A stretch of 63,272 bases of DNA, counting the filler, from Sphacelaria rigidula (lineage: Eukaryota), in the NCBI GenBank assembly GCA_964200075.2. It is 6 parts of 6 records of this genome, joined end to end, with 100 filler letters (N's around TTAATTAATTAA, not from the genome) between each part and the next. Parts side by side here need not be neighbours in the genome. Positions count along the whole stretch, not along the records: positions 31,693 to 42,154 come from CAXNAA020006452.1; positions 42,255 to 52,714 come from CAXNAA020006453.1; 4 more parts are not named here. One strand, 5' to 3'. The notes beneath the pieces are model-generated. The model saw only the letters and a list, made by a program, of their open reading frames with translations, did no database searches and was not told the origin of the DNA. The position numbers and the translations under genes were made by a program. Positions 38,001 through 51,100 of the stretch are shown here, one piece after another; the first letter of the stretch is position 1; every line of letters begins with the position of its first letter.

Positions 38001-39970
38001 CCCGTCATTTCTACGTAGAACACTCTATACCACACGAGTCCTAAGTGTTTGCTCGATCGCGAAGATGCACATCTGAGTTCCGGCACCAGAGTTGTCGGGC
38101 CTGAACTGAGCAGTGCCGCTTGCCCCAATATATTTCGATTTTTCCACGACCGTTTTGATTTTTCTGGTCTTTGTATTCACCACCAGGTGGAAATCGTACT
38201 CATAAACATGTTAGACCCCGCCCCGCGCAAGCGCCTTGCGCTCGACAGCTTGGAGACCCTCGCCCTGAACGAGGCACTCTGGGCCACCAAGGCATCACAC
38301 AACGAACCCCCAGGTGACCCACCATCCTACAATAGTGAGATACATACTAGAAGTGCGCAGAGGTCTCTGCGCGATGAGCGAACCACTTTGTAGGTCGAGT
38401 GTCCAGCGGCATTTTACATATTTGACGGGGCTTCCGGTCCGCTGTATCCAAGAAGTCATTTTCTTCAGCTGTAGGCAGAGCCTGCACACGATAGTTGCAG
38501 GAGAACATGCATGGGCTTTTCGCCATGCTTCCGACGGAACCACAACACCGGACATACACAACCGGTAAAACGTTATAGCGGGATAGACAGCCGTAACAAG
38601 GATCGAATAGCATCATGTGTATTCATAGGTTCAGTCGACGGTGACTGGAATTAGAATCCGCCTGTGTGTATATATGTGGTGTTCATGTGAATGACTGCCT
38701 CATTTGCGTTGTAGTGATCAACCTTGATCGACGCCACAGTACAGTGCGTGGCAGTTGACGCCATGTGGACAACCACATCCCATGTATTTCAGGTACATGC
38801 ATTCATCGGGCGGGAAATCAAGAGATGAAAACGCAAGAGCGCGTGAGACAGTGGTTAGTCGGTCGGTTGGTTGTTCGGGGGGTGGTCGTCGCACTCAGAG
38901 TGATCCCCTGGTCATTATCCGCTGGACATAGACCGCCCAAGGTGAACACAGCGGTAACACTCGCTAGAGAAAAATTGAGTAAAGGGTAAAGATAGAGAAG
39001 GAAGCCAGCAAGGAAGGGAGGAGCATAATATGGAGAAAACGGGGGAGAGGGATGTACTAGCAGCGTGTTCGGTGACAAAATATGATAAGAAGAATCTCAA
39101 CCAATTGGCTGGGCACCGACTTGGCAGCACTAGCAAAAACCAGTGCATTTTGAGCGTGGGTACTGAAAGTACATGCGCTGTGTGTTGACTAGCGTCAGAG
39201 AATCTCTCCAAGTCGAGTGTTGCTATCTGCGGTCTCCCCAAGATCGGCAATGGCTTCGATGTCTACTGTACAAAGCCAAAGTAGTGAATGCCCGTCCCTA
39301 GTGTTTCTTGGTGGTGCTCCGTCTCGAAAGGGATGCGTGGTCAATGGTCAAATGACTAAGGCAAGCAACAAATGAGTACGCCCCCCCCCTAGTGTTTCTT
39401 GGCAAGATTAGAGTGGAAGCTCAACGAAGAGTGGATGCACACATACATATTTCGTGTTCAACAGCGGACAGCGGCGTTGTCCTGGAACACAGTACAGGCA
39501 AACAACAGAGACTGAATGAGCCAAGCGTTATATTCTCGGCTGATTTGAGTTTCATATCAGTTATGTGTGTAAGTACATGGTCATATTTCAACACAAAACA
39601 CACTTTCACACCCAAAACAGGCAGCGTGTCCCGTAGATCCAACAATATAGTGTGCTGTGGGGTCGACAACCAGGATGTCAAATTTGGCATTTGCTGCAAC
39701 TGATATGCTGGAGGTACGTTGGTGTGGCTGACACGGGCGTGTGCACGAACCGTGACCCGGGCACGACGAAAAAGCGTTCGACAATGCCTCCTGTCTCGTA
39801 CTGCAAGCCCTCTTTTCCCGCTTCAATCTGGATTCATACACACACACACACTCACAGGCCTCACGGAGGAGATCAACAAGATTCTCGACGACGTAGAGAA
39901 GCTGGTGGGACGGAAAGCGAAGGACGACGGGCCGGAAACGTTACAACGACAATCGGGAGGAGGCTCGTGA
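32017..39970 (+). CDS. Protein kinase C-lobe (subdomains VIII-XI) and tail; 5' part off contig
   Basis: Phase-compatible GT-AG exons 32017-32274, 35216-35305, 38187-38313 and 39858-39970: GGTLPYLSPT...VDKYAVGLVMLQLIAG...VLINMLDPAPRKRL...GGGS*. Confidence 0.8.
32762..32894 (-). repeat. Dispersed repeat; diverged inverted copy at ~37245-37356
   Basis: Shared core CCTCGG.ACGAGT.CGTGGT...AGGG.TCAA.CCATCTC...CCGGTACAC.CCTT...CATTTTGG.ATCGC.GATTG; both copies lie in kinase introns. Confidence 0.7.
33908..34165 (+). mobile_element. SINE-like retroposon with (CAA)n tail, copy 2
   Basis: Matches 25-293; flanked by a possible imperfect target duplication CAGTTTGT(T)GTT. Confidence 0.8.
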
Positions 39971-42154
39971 AGGAGAAGTGTAACGTGCAGGGCCTCCGCT
40001 CGACCCACTTTCTGAAAGAAGAACGACCGTATATACCGTGCAAAGATGTGTGTGTATGTGTATTATGCAGGGATCTCCCACGTAGTTTGCAGTACTATGA
40101 ACACTATGTTTACTGACGGTGGTATGTATGTGCAGGGAGAAGTTGGCGCGCTCGGGAAGCTCGCACAAGACGGGGGGTGGGTGTTATTGAACCTTGTGGG
40201 AAATAAGTGTCATGCAAGTCACGCAGGTTTCTGCCTTTCGCGAGAATCTGTGACAATCGCCTATAGTACTAAAAGCGCCGTAGTACTAGCCTGCATAGCG
40301 TAAACAGGAAGAATTGGTGGCAAAAATGTTGTGACGAAGGAGTTGAGGAAGAAACGCTCCACCTCCGATGGCATTACGTTGAGAGGATATAGATCATGTT
40401 GTGCGTCGCTGCCTCCGCGGGATCGAAGGCGCGTCGAAAGAAGACGTCAGGGAGGGCACCGTTGATCGAGCGCCGTGGAGGAAGGAAGACCCGCCTGGTG
40501 GAATCCCCTCTAGGATCATGAAACACATTGTGCATAGCCATCCAGGCATACCCACGATTAATATCATGTTTCGACGTATCGTTTAATTGAGGAATATCCT
40601 GCGTCTGAGATCATGAGGAATACGGTGCAGCCTCCCAGGCGTGCACATGGCTATGGAATCGATCGAGCAAACGTTCCCATAGTAAGACGTAGACGTGGTT
40701 ACTAAACGCTTGTGTCCGATCGTCCATAGCTCCGAGGAGCACACATGGCACTCACAGGCATCCGTTTGGCGTTAAGTTCGTGTCGTGCGCGATAAAAGCA
40801 AGACATTCCTTATTTTGTACGGTGGGGTGTTTCGACCGCATGCACCTGGGGCGGTCCGTACCAGTGTTGAGAGGTGTCGGAATCGCTGTCGTTGAGTTCC
40901 CGTGCGGTGTGTGTGAGTGTGTCTCTGTTGATTTTACTACGTAATAAGTATGTTGCCGCCTGTCGACTCGGTTCAGAGATTGGGTCAAAACCACTGGACG
41001 TCACGAGGTGCCACGGTTCACGAGGCCAATCCAACCAAGCACCTCGGTTTTCCGAAACGCGCCATCAGCAAGCAGGAATGTCAAGAAATTGCGGGACTGA
41101 CTGGGCAGGCAAAAACAAAAAAAAACTCTGTCCCGTAGGTTGGAGAAAAGGACAACGATAACAAGAGGTGAGTCACGAAGGATCACACCAAGAATGGCAC
41201 ATGGCAAGGCCAGAACATTTGTGAGTCATTAGTCCAGGTATCGTTGAGGAAGCAGTCATGGTGTTCGAGAATCATCATGGTAACGACTTGGTGGAGAATA
41301 CTACGGAAATTCGTCTCTGGAGGCCTCGACATGAGTAGTCACGACGACGGATGGGAGGGCGGGCTGATTGCTCGAAGCAAAGGAGATCCTCCGTGTGTTA
41401 AACACCACGAGTCGCTTTCTCTGAACTTGTCTGCGTGTGGAAACGTTGTGAAGCGGTACGACTTAGGTGTACATAGGACGTGAAGACTCTCAGCATTCAA
41501 GTGAAAACAGAATCCTGTGAAATTGGAACAAAATCTTTTCATGGAAAGGAAAAAAAGAAACAGTGCTCAAAATTGTACGAGATGATTTATTCACCGCGCC
41601 CATGTAGACCGGGTAAACATCTCCAACATCCTACAGCCCGAAGGGTTCCAAACAAGTGTTTGTGACTCTCGCAACTTGCCGACAAGTTTTATCGGAAAAC
41701 CATTTTCAAACTTTCATCAGACTCGGCGGTTCCTCAACGACCACAAACGGGAAAATGCGCACGGAACACATCAATATATCATATGGTCCGGAAGGAGTTG
41801 TTTCAAAAAAGTCAGTCGCTCGTTCGATTCCCGTCGGACGCACTTTCTTTAAAGAAAAAAAGAGGAGAGAAAACCTCTGGTAAAAAATTGACCCCAAGGA
41901 GAGAAAACCTCAGTAAAAAATTGGCCCAAAAAGAAAAAGGGTGGGGTATAGCCTGGTGGCTATGTTTGGAGTTGACTGCTAGGGACCCCAGTGCACACAC
42001 TCTGAAAATGAGTGGGGGAGACGAGTAACTCTAAAGGTACGGTGAGAAGTGACAACACTAGAGGTCCTGATGGCAGTCGATAGAGCGCTGGCAAGGGGAG
42101 TCGCCCTCCTCGGAGTGAAAGTGACGGGGATCAAACCCCCACGACTAACTTTTG

Positions 42155-42254
42155 NNNNNNNNNNNNNNNNNNNNNNNNNNNNNNNNNNNNNNNNNNNNTT
42201 AATTAATTAANNNNNNNNNNNNNNNNNNNNNNNNNNNNNNNNNNNNNNNNNNNN
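42155..42254. other. Artificial contig spacer
   Basis: N44-TTAATTAATTAA-N44. Confidence 0.98.
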
Positions 42255-43488
42255 TTTTTTTCGAGACAAAATTGCCAATAACTTACAAAGAAAAAAAAAC
42301 ACACAGGGGATGGAAGGTCAGCTGTTAGCACATACGTCCTGTACATCGTGTAAAAATTTCATCGAAAACGATCCAAAATTGAGCGAAGAAAATGCGTGTC
42401 AACATTCCTGGTGGCTTCTTGGGCGGACCAGCCTGTACAGTACATGATACTGCCGTGTGGTAATACATGATGGGTCAGTCGATATTGCGAGAACAATAAA
42501 CAAACAGTGTGCGAGAAGAGTTCAGTAGTACAGTGCAATACATCCTGCGAGTACAGCGACAACAGACTATTATAGGATAGTACATTACCATTCACTATGA
42601 TGATACATGTGGCAACGCAGTGCAGCACATCGCCGGAGGGTACGGCGTCGACGTTTATCATCCGCCTGTGAATCCCCGTGTGAAGCTGCTCAAGCAGCCC
42701 GCGCGAGCAGGCATGATCTGCGCTGTCACGAGACTGTCCTCTGCTGCGGTTGGAAAGTATTGTACGCCTCTTACCCTACCATCGTACGTCAATGTACGTA
42801 CATCACCTCCTCAAAATCAGAGGGACCTCAGTTTTCCCCCGATTTTTCGCAAAAAATCGGGGACAATCGTTATGAACTCGTGACACGCCGATTTTTGCTC
42901 CCCCAAGTTGGCCCAAATGGGGGTCCATGGAATGCGTTCCCCGATTTTCGGTGCCCCGATTGGTGTAAAGTAAAAGTCGAAATTGGTGACAAGCATAAAA
43001 AGTCGGTGTAAGTCATGAAAAAAAATAACGTCCCAATTTCCTTTGTTTTATTACGCAAGGAAACGCTAGGGCATAATAATAAATTAAAAAAACTGGGACT
43101 TCGAGATTTTCTTATTCTTCATGAGTTGAGGTCAAAAGACAACATCCAGTTTCCACGAACGTATGTGATCCATGGAAACAAACTCTCAATATCCTCAAAT
43201 CCCTGGTTTAATTATGCCCTAGCGATTCTCAACTACCAATTTCAAAGCACAACTCCCAAAATAGAGACGCGAAATCCACATTTAGTGCATTGAGTGCCTC
43301 TGCTCGTAATATATTGGTTGTAGTATTGAATATTATATACGCCATATCTCTAGATAGATAGCTCTAACGAAGTAGGTGGAGGTGATGGTAGCGATATTTC
43401 TCCGTTCCTCAGGGAATGCTCATACCCAAAACCGTCACTGTCCGCTGTATATATCGTTCGGGGTGTCGTATAGACTGTAGTATGGGCC

Positions 43489-43860
43489 GGTCGCCCCAGT
43501 GGCTCAGTTGGAAACCTCGACACCCTCTGACGGTTGGGTCGTGGGTTCGAATCTCGGAGCGATCTGGGATTTTTTATCACACAATGCTCGGCAGTGAAGA
43601 GCGACTATGTCGTGGGTACACAAAATTCGATTTAATGGTCAACGAGGGGAAGGGACTGCTGAACCCCTTTCGCGATGAAAAAGAAAGGCGAGCATCGTAG
43701 AAGGAGGGTGGAGAACCAAAAGAAACAGAAGAAGAAATAACTCCTATGTTGGCCTTCCTCCTTGGTGACCCCGGCTGATGTGCCCACATATACCGAAAGG
43801 TATAGACCGGCGTCCAGAAGAAGTGGGACGTCAACACACACACTCACTCACACACACACA
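43489..43860 (+). mobile_element. tRNA-derived SINE, full length, (CA)n tail
   Basis: A-box TGGCTCAGTTGG, B-box GGTTCGAATC, unique body and CA tail; copies at 21312-21511 and 54825-55151. Confidence 0.88.
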
Positions 43861-44169
43861 TGGGCCCTATCTCCGTACGGTATAGGAATTACTCGACATG
43901 GCATTTAATCAGCGAGAAAAATTGGCGTAGGCTTTCGAGAAGCTGGACAACTTCCCCTTGATTAGACGATTGATTAGATGCGCGGATCACGGCCCAATTC
44001 GTCTGTGCCGATGAGATATGGCTGTCAGAGCTTACTCTGTTCTTCAGGTGACCCAGCTCGTTGTGGTGTTCTGCTCCATCTGCAATCAACTGTTGTACCA
44101 CAGAGCACACACTTGCGTCGACTCCCAGGCTTCTCCGGCATGCCAGTGCAGTACATGCAACAGCATCGC

Positions 44170-44835
44170 CATTTAATCCTGGCAGTGTGGTAGTGGGAGG
44201 CCACCTGTTAGCCTGCTTTGCGGTGGCTATATTGAGGTCATATACAATCTGTTGCACTCGGCCTGGACCTCGCTGTCCCCGCGAACGGCATGGCCAGTGT
44301 CTACCAGCGAAGAATGGGAACCAAGAGAGCACTCCGCAACCTCTCGCTATCCTTCCCGTGAAACTTAATCCCACGACCCACCACAAACCCGTCTATTCCG
44401 TGTTTGGACTCACTGGTAAGCTGTTCATATCTCATGTTCAAGACTGAGCCCCTCCTCCTCCGCCCCCCGACTTACCACAACAGCACACCACTCCAACACC
44501 ATCACCGTTTCTTCCTGGATGTGGCGGTCCACCTTTGAACCTTCTTTGCGTTGGCTACCATCAGGCCATCTATCATCACGGTTCACACTCTGTTGAACTC
44601 GGCCTCGGTCTCGCCGTCCTCTCCGATCGCATGGCCAGTGTCTACCAGCGAGGAGTACGAGCCACAAGAGCACCCCCCGCCACCCTCCTTCGCATGAAAA
44701 TATATCCAAACCCGAAGCTGAACCTGTTACATCGAGTCCTTCCACCCAGCATGGTCGGTCTATGATGTCTTTCAATCTATTGATCAGCTGTTAGCTTCTT
44801 TTGTTCAAGGCTGAGCACCCTCCGCCCCGCCCCAC
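44170..44835 (+). repeat. Two diverged ~350-bp tandem units with residual coding signal
   Basis: Cores GCATGGCCAGTGTCTACCAGCGA at 44288 and 44629; both units end ...TGTTCAAG(A/G)CTGAGC. Confidence 0.75.
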
Positions 44836-44891
44836 CCCCCGCGACCCCCTCGTTCTTACTGCTGCCTCCATTCGCTGCCGACTACAAACAG

Positions 44892-47508
44892 CGAACTATG
44901 CTTCGGTGACATAGGGTCGGGCTGCGGTAGGCTCGTCGTCGCTCAGGCTTTGACTTGGCCATGGCGATCATGCCGTGGCGTGGAAAAGATCTCGTCTCTA
45001 CACGACATGGGGGTATCCGCTCTAGCGGCAGCAGGTCGTATGGCGGATGAAGGATCAAAGAGCGGAGTATGGGCTGGGGGTGACCTATCCCCGAATGCCT
45101 CAAAACTGCTGAAGAAAATGGCGCCCTGTTCCCTGTCGCTGGGAGATATCAACGAACCGGAGGTACGAAGTTGTGTATATGTCAAGGAATGAGATTCTAC
45201 AGTGGACACGGAAAAATCAAGAGGATGTACGCATTCAGTACTGCAAAAACAGCAGGGTTGGCAGTCCTTCTCGTCAATGACAAGGCAGGAGGAAGTATTT
45301 GAACATCGAGAGTTTAGATCGCACTCCATCGTTCACAAACTCCAGCACATTCGGGTGGCGAACCGGTTGTCCTCCCGGAGCGTGTATATGCCGTGGTTGC
45401 TCGGAATGCGCAGACAGTTTGTGATTACCGCTCACCGCTCAATGTAGTGTCGCTGATTATCCAAGTATATCTCGGGTGGGTGCATTCGGATGTTGGTTTC
45501 ATCAGATGGAGATCGCCGACATGGATATTCTCTTCTGCTACAGCAGCTCCTTCCCTGCATTCGGTGACCTCCTTACGGAGTTTTCATACACGCTGGGACA
45601 CAAGCTGCGGCCTGGAGCGCAGGTGTGACCCTCGATTCGGCTGGCTAAGTATGAGATAACTCCGGGTATTCGCAAACCCCCCACGAAGAGCGCAGGTTTT
45701 GGGATCCAAATCGTATATCGATCACGAGTAGTTCCAGCGAAAACCCGGCGTGGAACTACGGCATGTCTTGTCCTGTGGAGTCTTTTCAGAACAGTGAAGA
45801 AGTAACGAGCTAGAGACGCACGTAGGCGGTGATGCAAAAATTACAGAAAATCAATATGTGCGAAGAACAAAAGGAGCACGGTCCGTCAAAATTGACCTAC
45901 GGCGAGAACTCAAGATCAACCCTTGCGCACCCGTCCCCTCCCGTCCCTGGGTCAGACGCTCCCCTATATCTAGTCCCAGGAAGCCTGGTGGGAAAAAGCC
46001 AAGCCCAAGACATGACTGCAGAAGAAACAAAGATGGGCGTATACGAAACTGCCCACTGCATTCACGAGCACTTTGCAGAGGTTGGCCTACCTACCTGGTC
46101 ATACGCTACTGCAGTATTCGTCAGTTTCCGTCTAGAACACCGTGTGCGAAATTCGTCGGCTTTGAGGTGACATTTCGCTAATACAATGCGTCATATTTCT
46201 GCCTTACCCTCAGCACGGTGAGATCATGAACCATAGGCAGCGCCGACTCGGCAAACGCCCCACTCCCTAGACTTTCAACTCGCCGAACTCATACTCTGTT
46301 GTGAGCTCCGCGATCTCTTCATTACATGTAAATAACTCGCCAAAAGGGTGCGCGGTATTTTTTGTCCACGCACACGTGCATCTCCACCAGCCGGTGGATT
46401 TCAACGCAGTCAGCCATGTTCGGGTCGTCGCCTGGGGTTCGGGTCATAAGTCGTTTTGTCAAATCATGTTGTGGGGTTGCTTGCACGTCAATCTTAGCTT
46501 GCTAAAAGTGATTCCGGAATTTTCACGACGAGTATTGTAGGCTGCGATGTGTCAGACGAGCATATAGTATACGCCCCCCTCCCTTCATCCCAGATGGTGA
46601 GTTTCGGCTATTTTAGGCACCATGTGGGCACAGTGGGGGTCGTCCCAGCATTGTGCTGTGGGTCGTCAGCCCGGCGTGACCGCCCTATGCTGGGACCCTG
46701 CACTATACTGGTATGCATGGTGCACCTACTTGATACTGGTAAAGCGGATTGGGATTGTGACATGTGATCTTGATCGCACTCTGGTGGACCCCCCACTGAA
46801 ACTACAACACTGTACTATCGCCCGCCCGTGAATACCACGGCATCACCTGGGGGTCGTATGCACTGTGTACTATATTCTACGGTACCAGGCCACGGGCATT
46901 CATCGTTGGCTATGTGATACAAGTCGACCATATGGAAGCCATCGCAAAAATCCCGCATTTGGCCAACGTCTTCGCCTAGAAAAGCAGAAAAATGAGTCCT
47001 GCCGCGATAGGGGTTGCACGTTTGGGCCCAGATATCTCTCATTGAAGAATTGTTAAGGTTTGAAGTTGCACATGAATATGGGTCAGGACACCCCAGTTTT
47101 GAAATCCATTCGAGATTTCCCCAGTCCACTGGAACGTTAATCGTTGAGTGCTCTCACGCAATTTCGTACGTCGTTAATTGGGTGAAATAAAGGGTTCCTA
47201 ACAATTCAGTCTGAGACATATTTTGTGCATCCGTACCGTGGCATGACTTAAATACCAACCGTGCTCATATCCAATTTTCTCGGTGTAGGGGCAGTCAGTA
47301 CCGCAGGGATCAGCAGCGAATCAATCGCCGAAAGAAGTCGTGCGTGCCCGTCGTTTGCCGCCACAAACAGGTCATCACAACGGATAGGCGCTTAGTGAGC
47401 GACGGACCTTGGGAGTTTGTGTTACTCGGGGAGCGTGAGGGTCCGAATCCTGAGACCGGTGGCAAGTCAACTGCTTACTTGTGGCAAGTTGTCAAGTCAG
47501 CACTATGA
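44892..47508 (+). CDS. Class I SAM-dependent methyltransferase, DOT1-like; 5' exon(s) not located
   Basis: Exons 44892-45162, 45506-45622 and 47371-47508 (GT-AG, in frame): FGDIGSGCGRLVVAQA...CRGVEKISSLH...LGDI...DILFCYSSSFP...LRPGAQ/VITTDRRL...GPNPETGGKSTAYLW*. Confidence 0.85.
46500..47130 (-). pseudogene. Possible CACTA/EnSpm-type transposase relic in the methyltransferase intron
   Basis: GQMRDFCDG...PP...SVGGPPEC loosely follows the D..DG / NLPP / GP.EP motif order; heavily decayed. Confidence 0.3.
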
Positions 47509-48141
47509 AGGAGTACGAGGGCAGCTTATTCTCGGACGTGGACCGCCTAAATATCAAATGGTTTAAAACCGGCCCAATATTCTGTCTACGATAGACGTTC
47601 GCTCACTGTCGTGGCGAAACCTACATGAAGCGAAAGCTACCTCCAAGCGAGGTGCGTCTACAGCTCACCATGGCAGTTTATCCACAGAAAATGTTAGTGG
47701 TGAGAGTTCAGCACAATCCATCTATCTGGTTCTATTCGTCACCTCAGGTCTAACTTGGAAATCACTGTCTGTACTTCCTTCGTGTTGTACCGCTGCGAGG
47801 AGGAAGCTTCCAAGGGTCGGACGAATTGATGATTCGTCTGGATTTTTTTTTATTCTTGTGTCATTGATTAGTACCGTACGAATCAATCCTTGGGCTTTGT
47901 TTTCAGCGTTGCAACCCAGGTACGCGCAGCCCAGGCACGTGGACTGGCGCAGAAATGGCAGGGAGACCTTTTTGACCAGCGGTCAACTTGTTCCCCTTTG
48001 TTGTGCAATCCGGCCTGAAAAACCGTAGATTTGGTTATTCGAACTGGCGATGATTCGTCCGAAGCGTGGAAGCTTTTGTACCATGATATTCTCTCTACGG
48101 GATGGTACCAACAATTTCCTCATCTTGAACTGCAAGCGTAA

Positions 48142-51100
48142 TCACGCAGCGATACCCCCGGCCGCCACAGTCGCAGACTGAGCATGAAGCGCTAGATGCA
48201 GCGCCTTGCCAGCATCACCGCTCTTAGACAAGACTTCCTGTCGCAACCGAGATGACCACTTTCGTTTCCCTCTCGAAGCCTGCCGTAACATCTCGAGCGA
48301 AAACAGCGCTCTCACATCATCCGGGTGCGAGGTCAGATGTCGCGCCAAGCACTTTCGCACATCACTCTCTCTCGCCGGGGTTGCGCTATTTTTGTCTGTA
48401 CGATCATCACGCCCCTGCTCCTCCCCTTTTGCTTTGTTCTTCTTCGTCTTCTTCTTTTTTTTCTTGGTATTCTCAGATTTTTCTTGCGCACTATCGAGAA
48501 CAACGTGCACGGTGCTTTTGGCAAAACACGCCGAGCGACGAATTCGCCGTAGGGCATTATTATGGATGGCTTCCACGCCTCCGAATTCGGCTCGAATGCT
48601 CTCAATCGCCTCCGTTCCGGTCCCGCCCCTAGTAGCCCATAAGAAAAACTCCTCAAATCGTAGTGGCTGCGGATGTGCTACATTTGTAGCCGCACCTACG
48701 CTGCGGGCCTCTCCGCTCGTCGCACTGTTGCTGCTGCAGCCCCACTCGGAAAAATCAACGCCGACGTTTCCACGACGTAGGAGGACAACACCCCTGAGAT
48801 AAACAAAAAAGCGGACGACGAGCGTGCTTGGCGACCCCACGCTGGTTGTATGATATGCTCCTTGATCATTTTGGGTACTGCTTCAAATAAACGCACTGAA
48901 AATACTGGCATTGTTCGGGGGAGAACGAAACATTTGCCGTGAACAAAATTTTAGAACTTTCGCGTACATGAGTCACGTCACACAACTTCCTCAACATTTG
49001 TGAGCTACCCTTTGTACGGTAAACATCCCCACGGACGGGGTATTTCAGGCAACTAATTCCAGACGGCCGCGGTAGATTGTATGCGAAACACAAGCCAAGG
49101 GTATGTGATTTCATCGCACCCGTCGAGATCTCCAATTGCAGCGGCTGCAGCGGCCTCGTCGTCACAAACAACTGCGGCAACTGCTTCCCTCAGTGCTGTG
49201 TTCCCCTGAGCACTAGCGTCACGCACGGACGCTTCTTCCGCATGACGACTGCTGCCGCCCCACCCCAAACCCTGCTGGCTGTTGATAACTACGTGCCCTC
49301 CCTCTGCTGTTGCCTGAAGTATGATACGCAAGTTCGTCAAAAGTGATGCTAGGCGTGGATCACTTGAATTTCATATCAAAGTCACCGAGATTCTTGAAAG
49401 AAAAAAACAACTGGTAGTGCAATTAAAAAATGGTGGGCGAAGGCGCGCTCCCCCCCTTGGCCTGTAGTAGGGAAATTTCATGCAACGCCATGAATATTCC
49501 AAGGTTGTGTTCTGTAAGGTACGGGTACATTCTGTAGGGTATGAGATTCCTCACAGAACTTACAGAACTGTCAGGTACCGGTATGAAAGTCTTACAGAAA
49601 ATACAGAACTTGTCGGGTACGGTACGGGAGGCTTGCAGAAAACCGGTACCGGCAATCGGGTATTTCTTCAAGGGCATACCCGCCCCTCGGGTTAGGGTAA
49701 AGTTTTTGTACAGAACTCACAGAACTATCGGGTAAGGGTATGGGAGGCGTACAGAACTCACAGAAACTGTCGGGTAGGGTATGGAGCTGGCACAGAGAAC
49801 CGTACCCGCGACCGGGTATCCTATCAAGAGCATACCCGTGCCCCCCGATAACGGTACGGGAGGCGTATAGAACTCACAGAACTATCGGGTACGGGTATGA
49901 AGATTTTACAGAGATCACAGAACTGTCGGGTACCAGTATGAAAGTCTCGCAGAAGTCACAGATCTGTCGGGTACGGTAAATACCCGGCAAAATACCCCGG
50001 GTTTACAAAAAACCGTACCCTACAGAACACGACCTTGGTATTATCATCACCCCTGTGGTGGGACCCACATCACTACAACAGTGGCGAAATACAGATGACA
50101 GTTCACGAAAACTCTGAACGGCTTTCACGGAGTTGATAAAGAAAGACTACACGAACAATCGCAGTAGTACATGGATTGTCAACATCTATCAGTTTCACGT
50201 ACACTCGAAGAGTACACGAAGGAGCATTCACGGCTGCCCGTTCTCTGGAAGCCCTTCGGCACGCGACAAAATTGCCGACGGCCTTGACAACTTTCGGTGG
50301 TAGCTCATATACTCTCTGCTGTACATGTCGATCACGGCCTGGGGTTTGATGACCACGACACAAACACCATCAACGTCGATGACATGCGTCTTGCTGCTTG
50401 ATCCTCTGGTGGCGCAGATGAACAACCCCCGCTCGAGCCACCACTCGCAAGTCTGGGGGTGATTGATCCTGACGGTCTGCAGGGCTGATCATGTTTCGTG
50501 TTCCCACTCAGTGGTACCTCGTATCCCGTCAGATCCCAAACTGACGAACTTTTCAACATTGAATTATTATTGGTGTGCGGTTTTGAATGAAGGAGTTGGG
50601 TGGGTTGATCGATGGGAGGTATATGTTCAGATCATGAGGTCGTGTTTGGATTGAACCTATATCCGTATCTCCCCAAAGGTATATACCTGTGCTCATACCT
50701 GCAATCGGGTATATCTATAGCGGTATACGCGATCCCCGGGTAGGGGTATGGGAGGCTTACAGAGCTAACAGAACTGTCGGGTAAGGGTACTGGATGAAAG
50801 TCTTGCAGACATTACAGAACTTGTCGGGTATGGTATAGGAGGCTTACAGAAAGCCGGTACCGGCAATTGAGTATTTCTTCAGGAGCATACCCACGCTCCG
50901 GGTACGGGTAAAGATTATGTACAGAACTCACAGAACTGTCGGGTAAGGGTACTGGATGAAAGTCTTGTAGACATTACAGAACTTGTCGGGTATGGTATAG
51001 GAGGCTTACAGAAAGCCGGTACCTGCAATTGAGTATTTCTTCAGGAGCATACCCACGCTCCGGGTACGGGTAAAGATTATGTACAGAGCTCACAGAACTG

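Noticed and set aside
45886..45910. KLTYGE, resembling the DOT1 N-terminal YGE motif
   Set aside because: It lies downstream of the SAM-binding exons, in the last intron, in the wrong order; probably chance.
49053..49055. In-frame stop suggesting the minus-strand gene is a pseudogene
   Set aside because: A phase-compatible GT donor at 49119 places the stop inside an intron.
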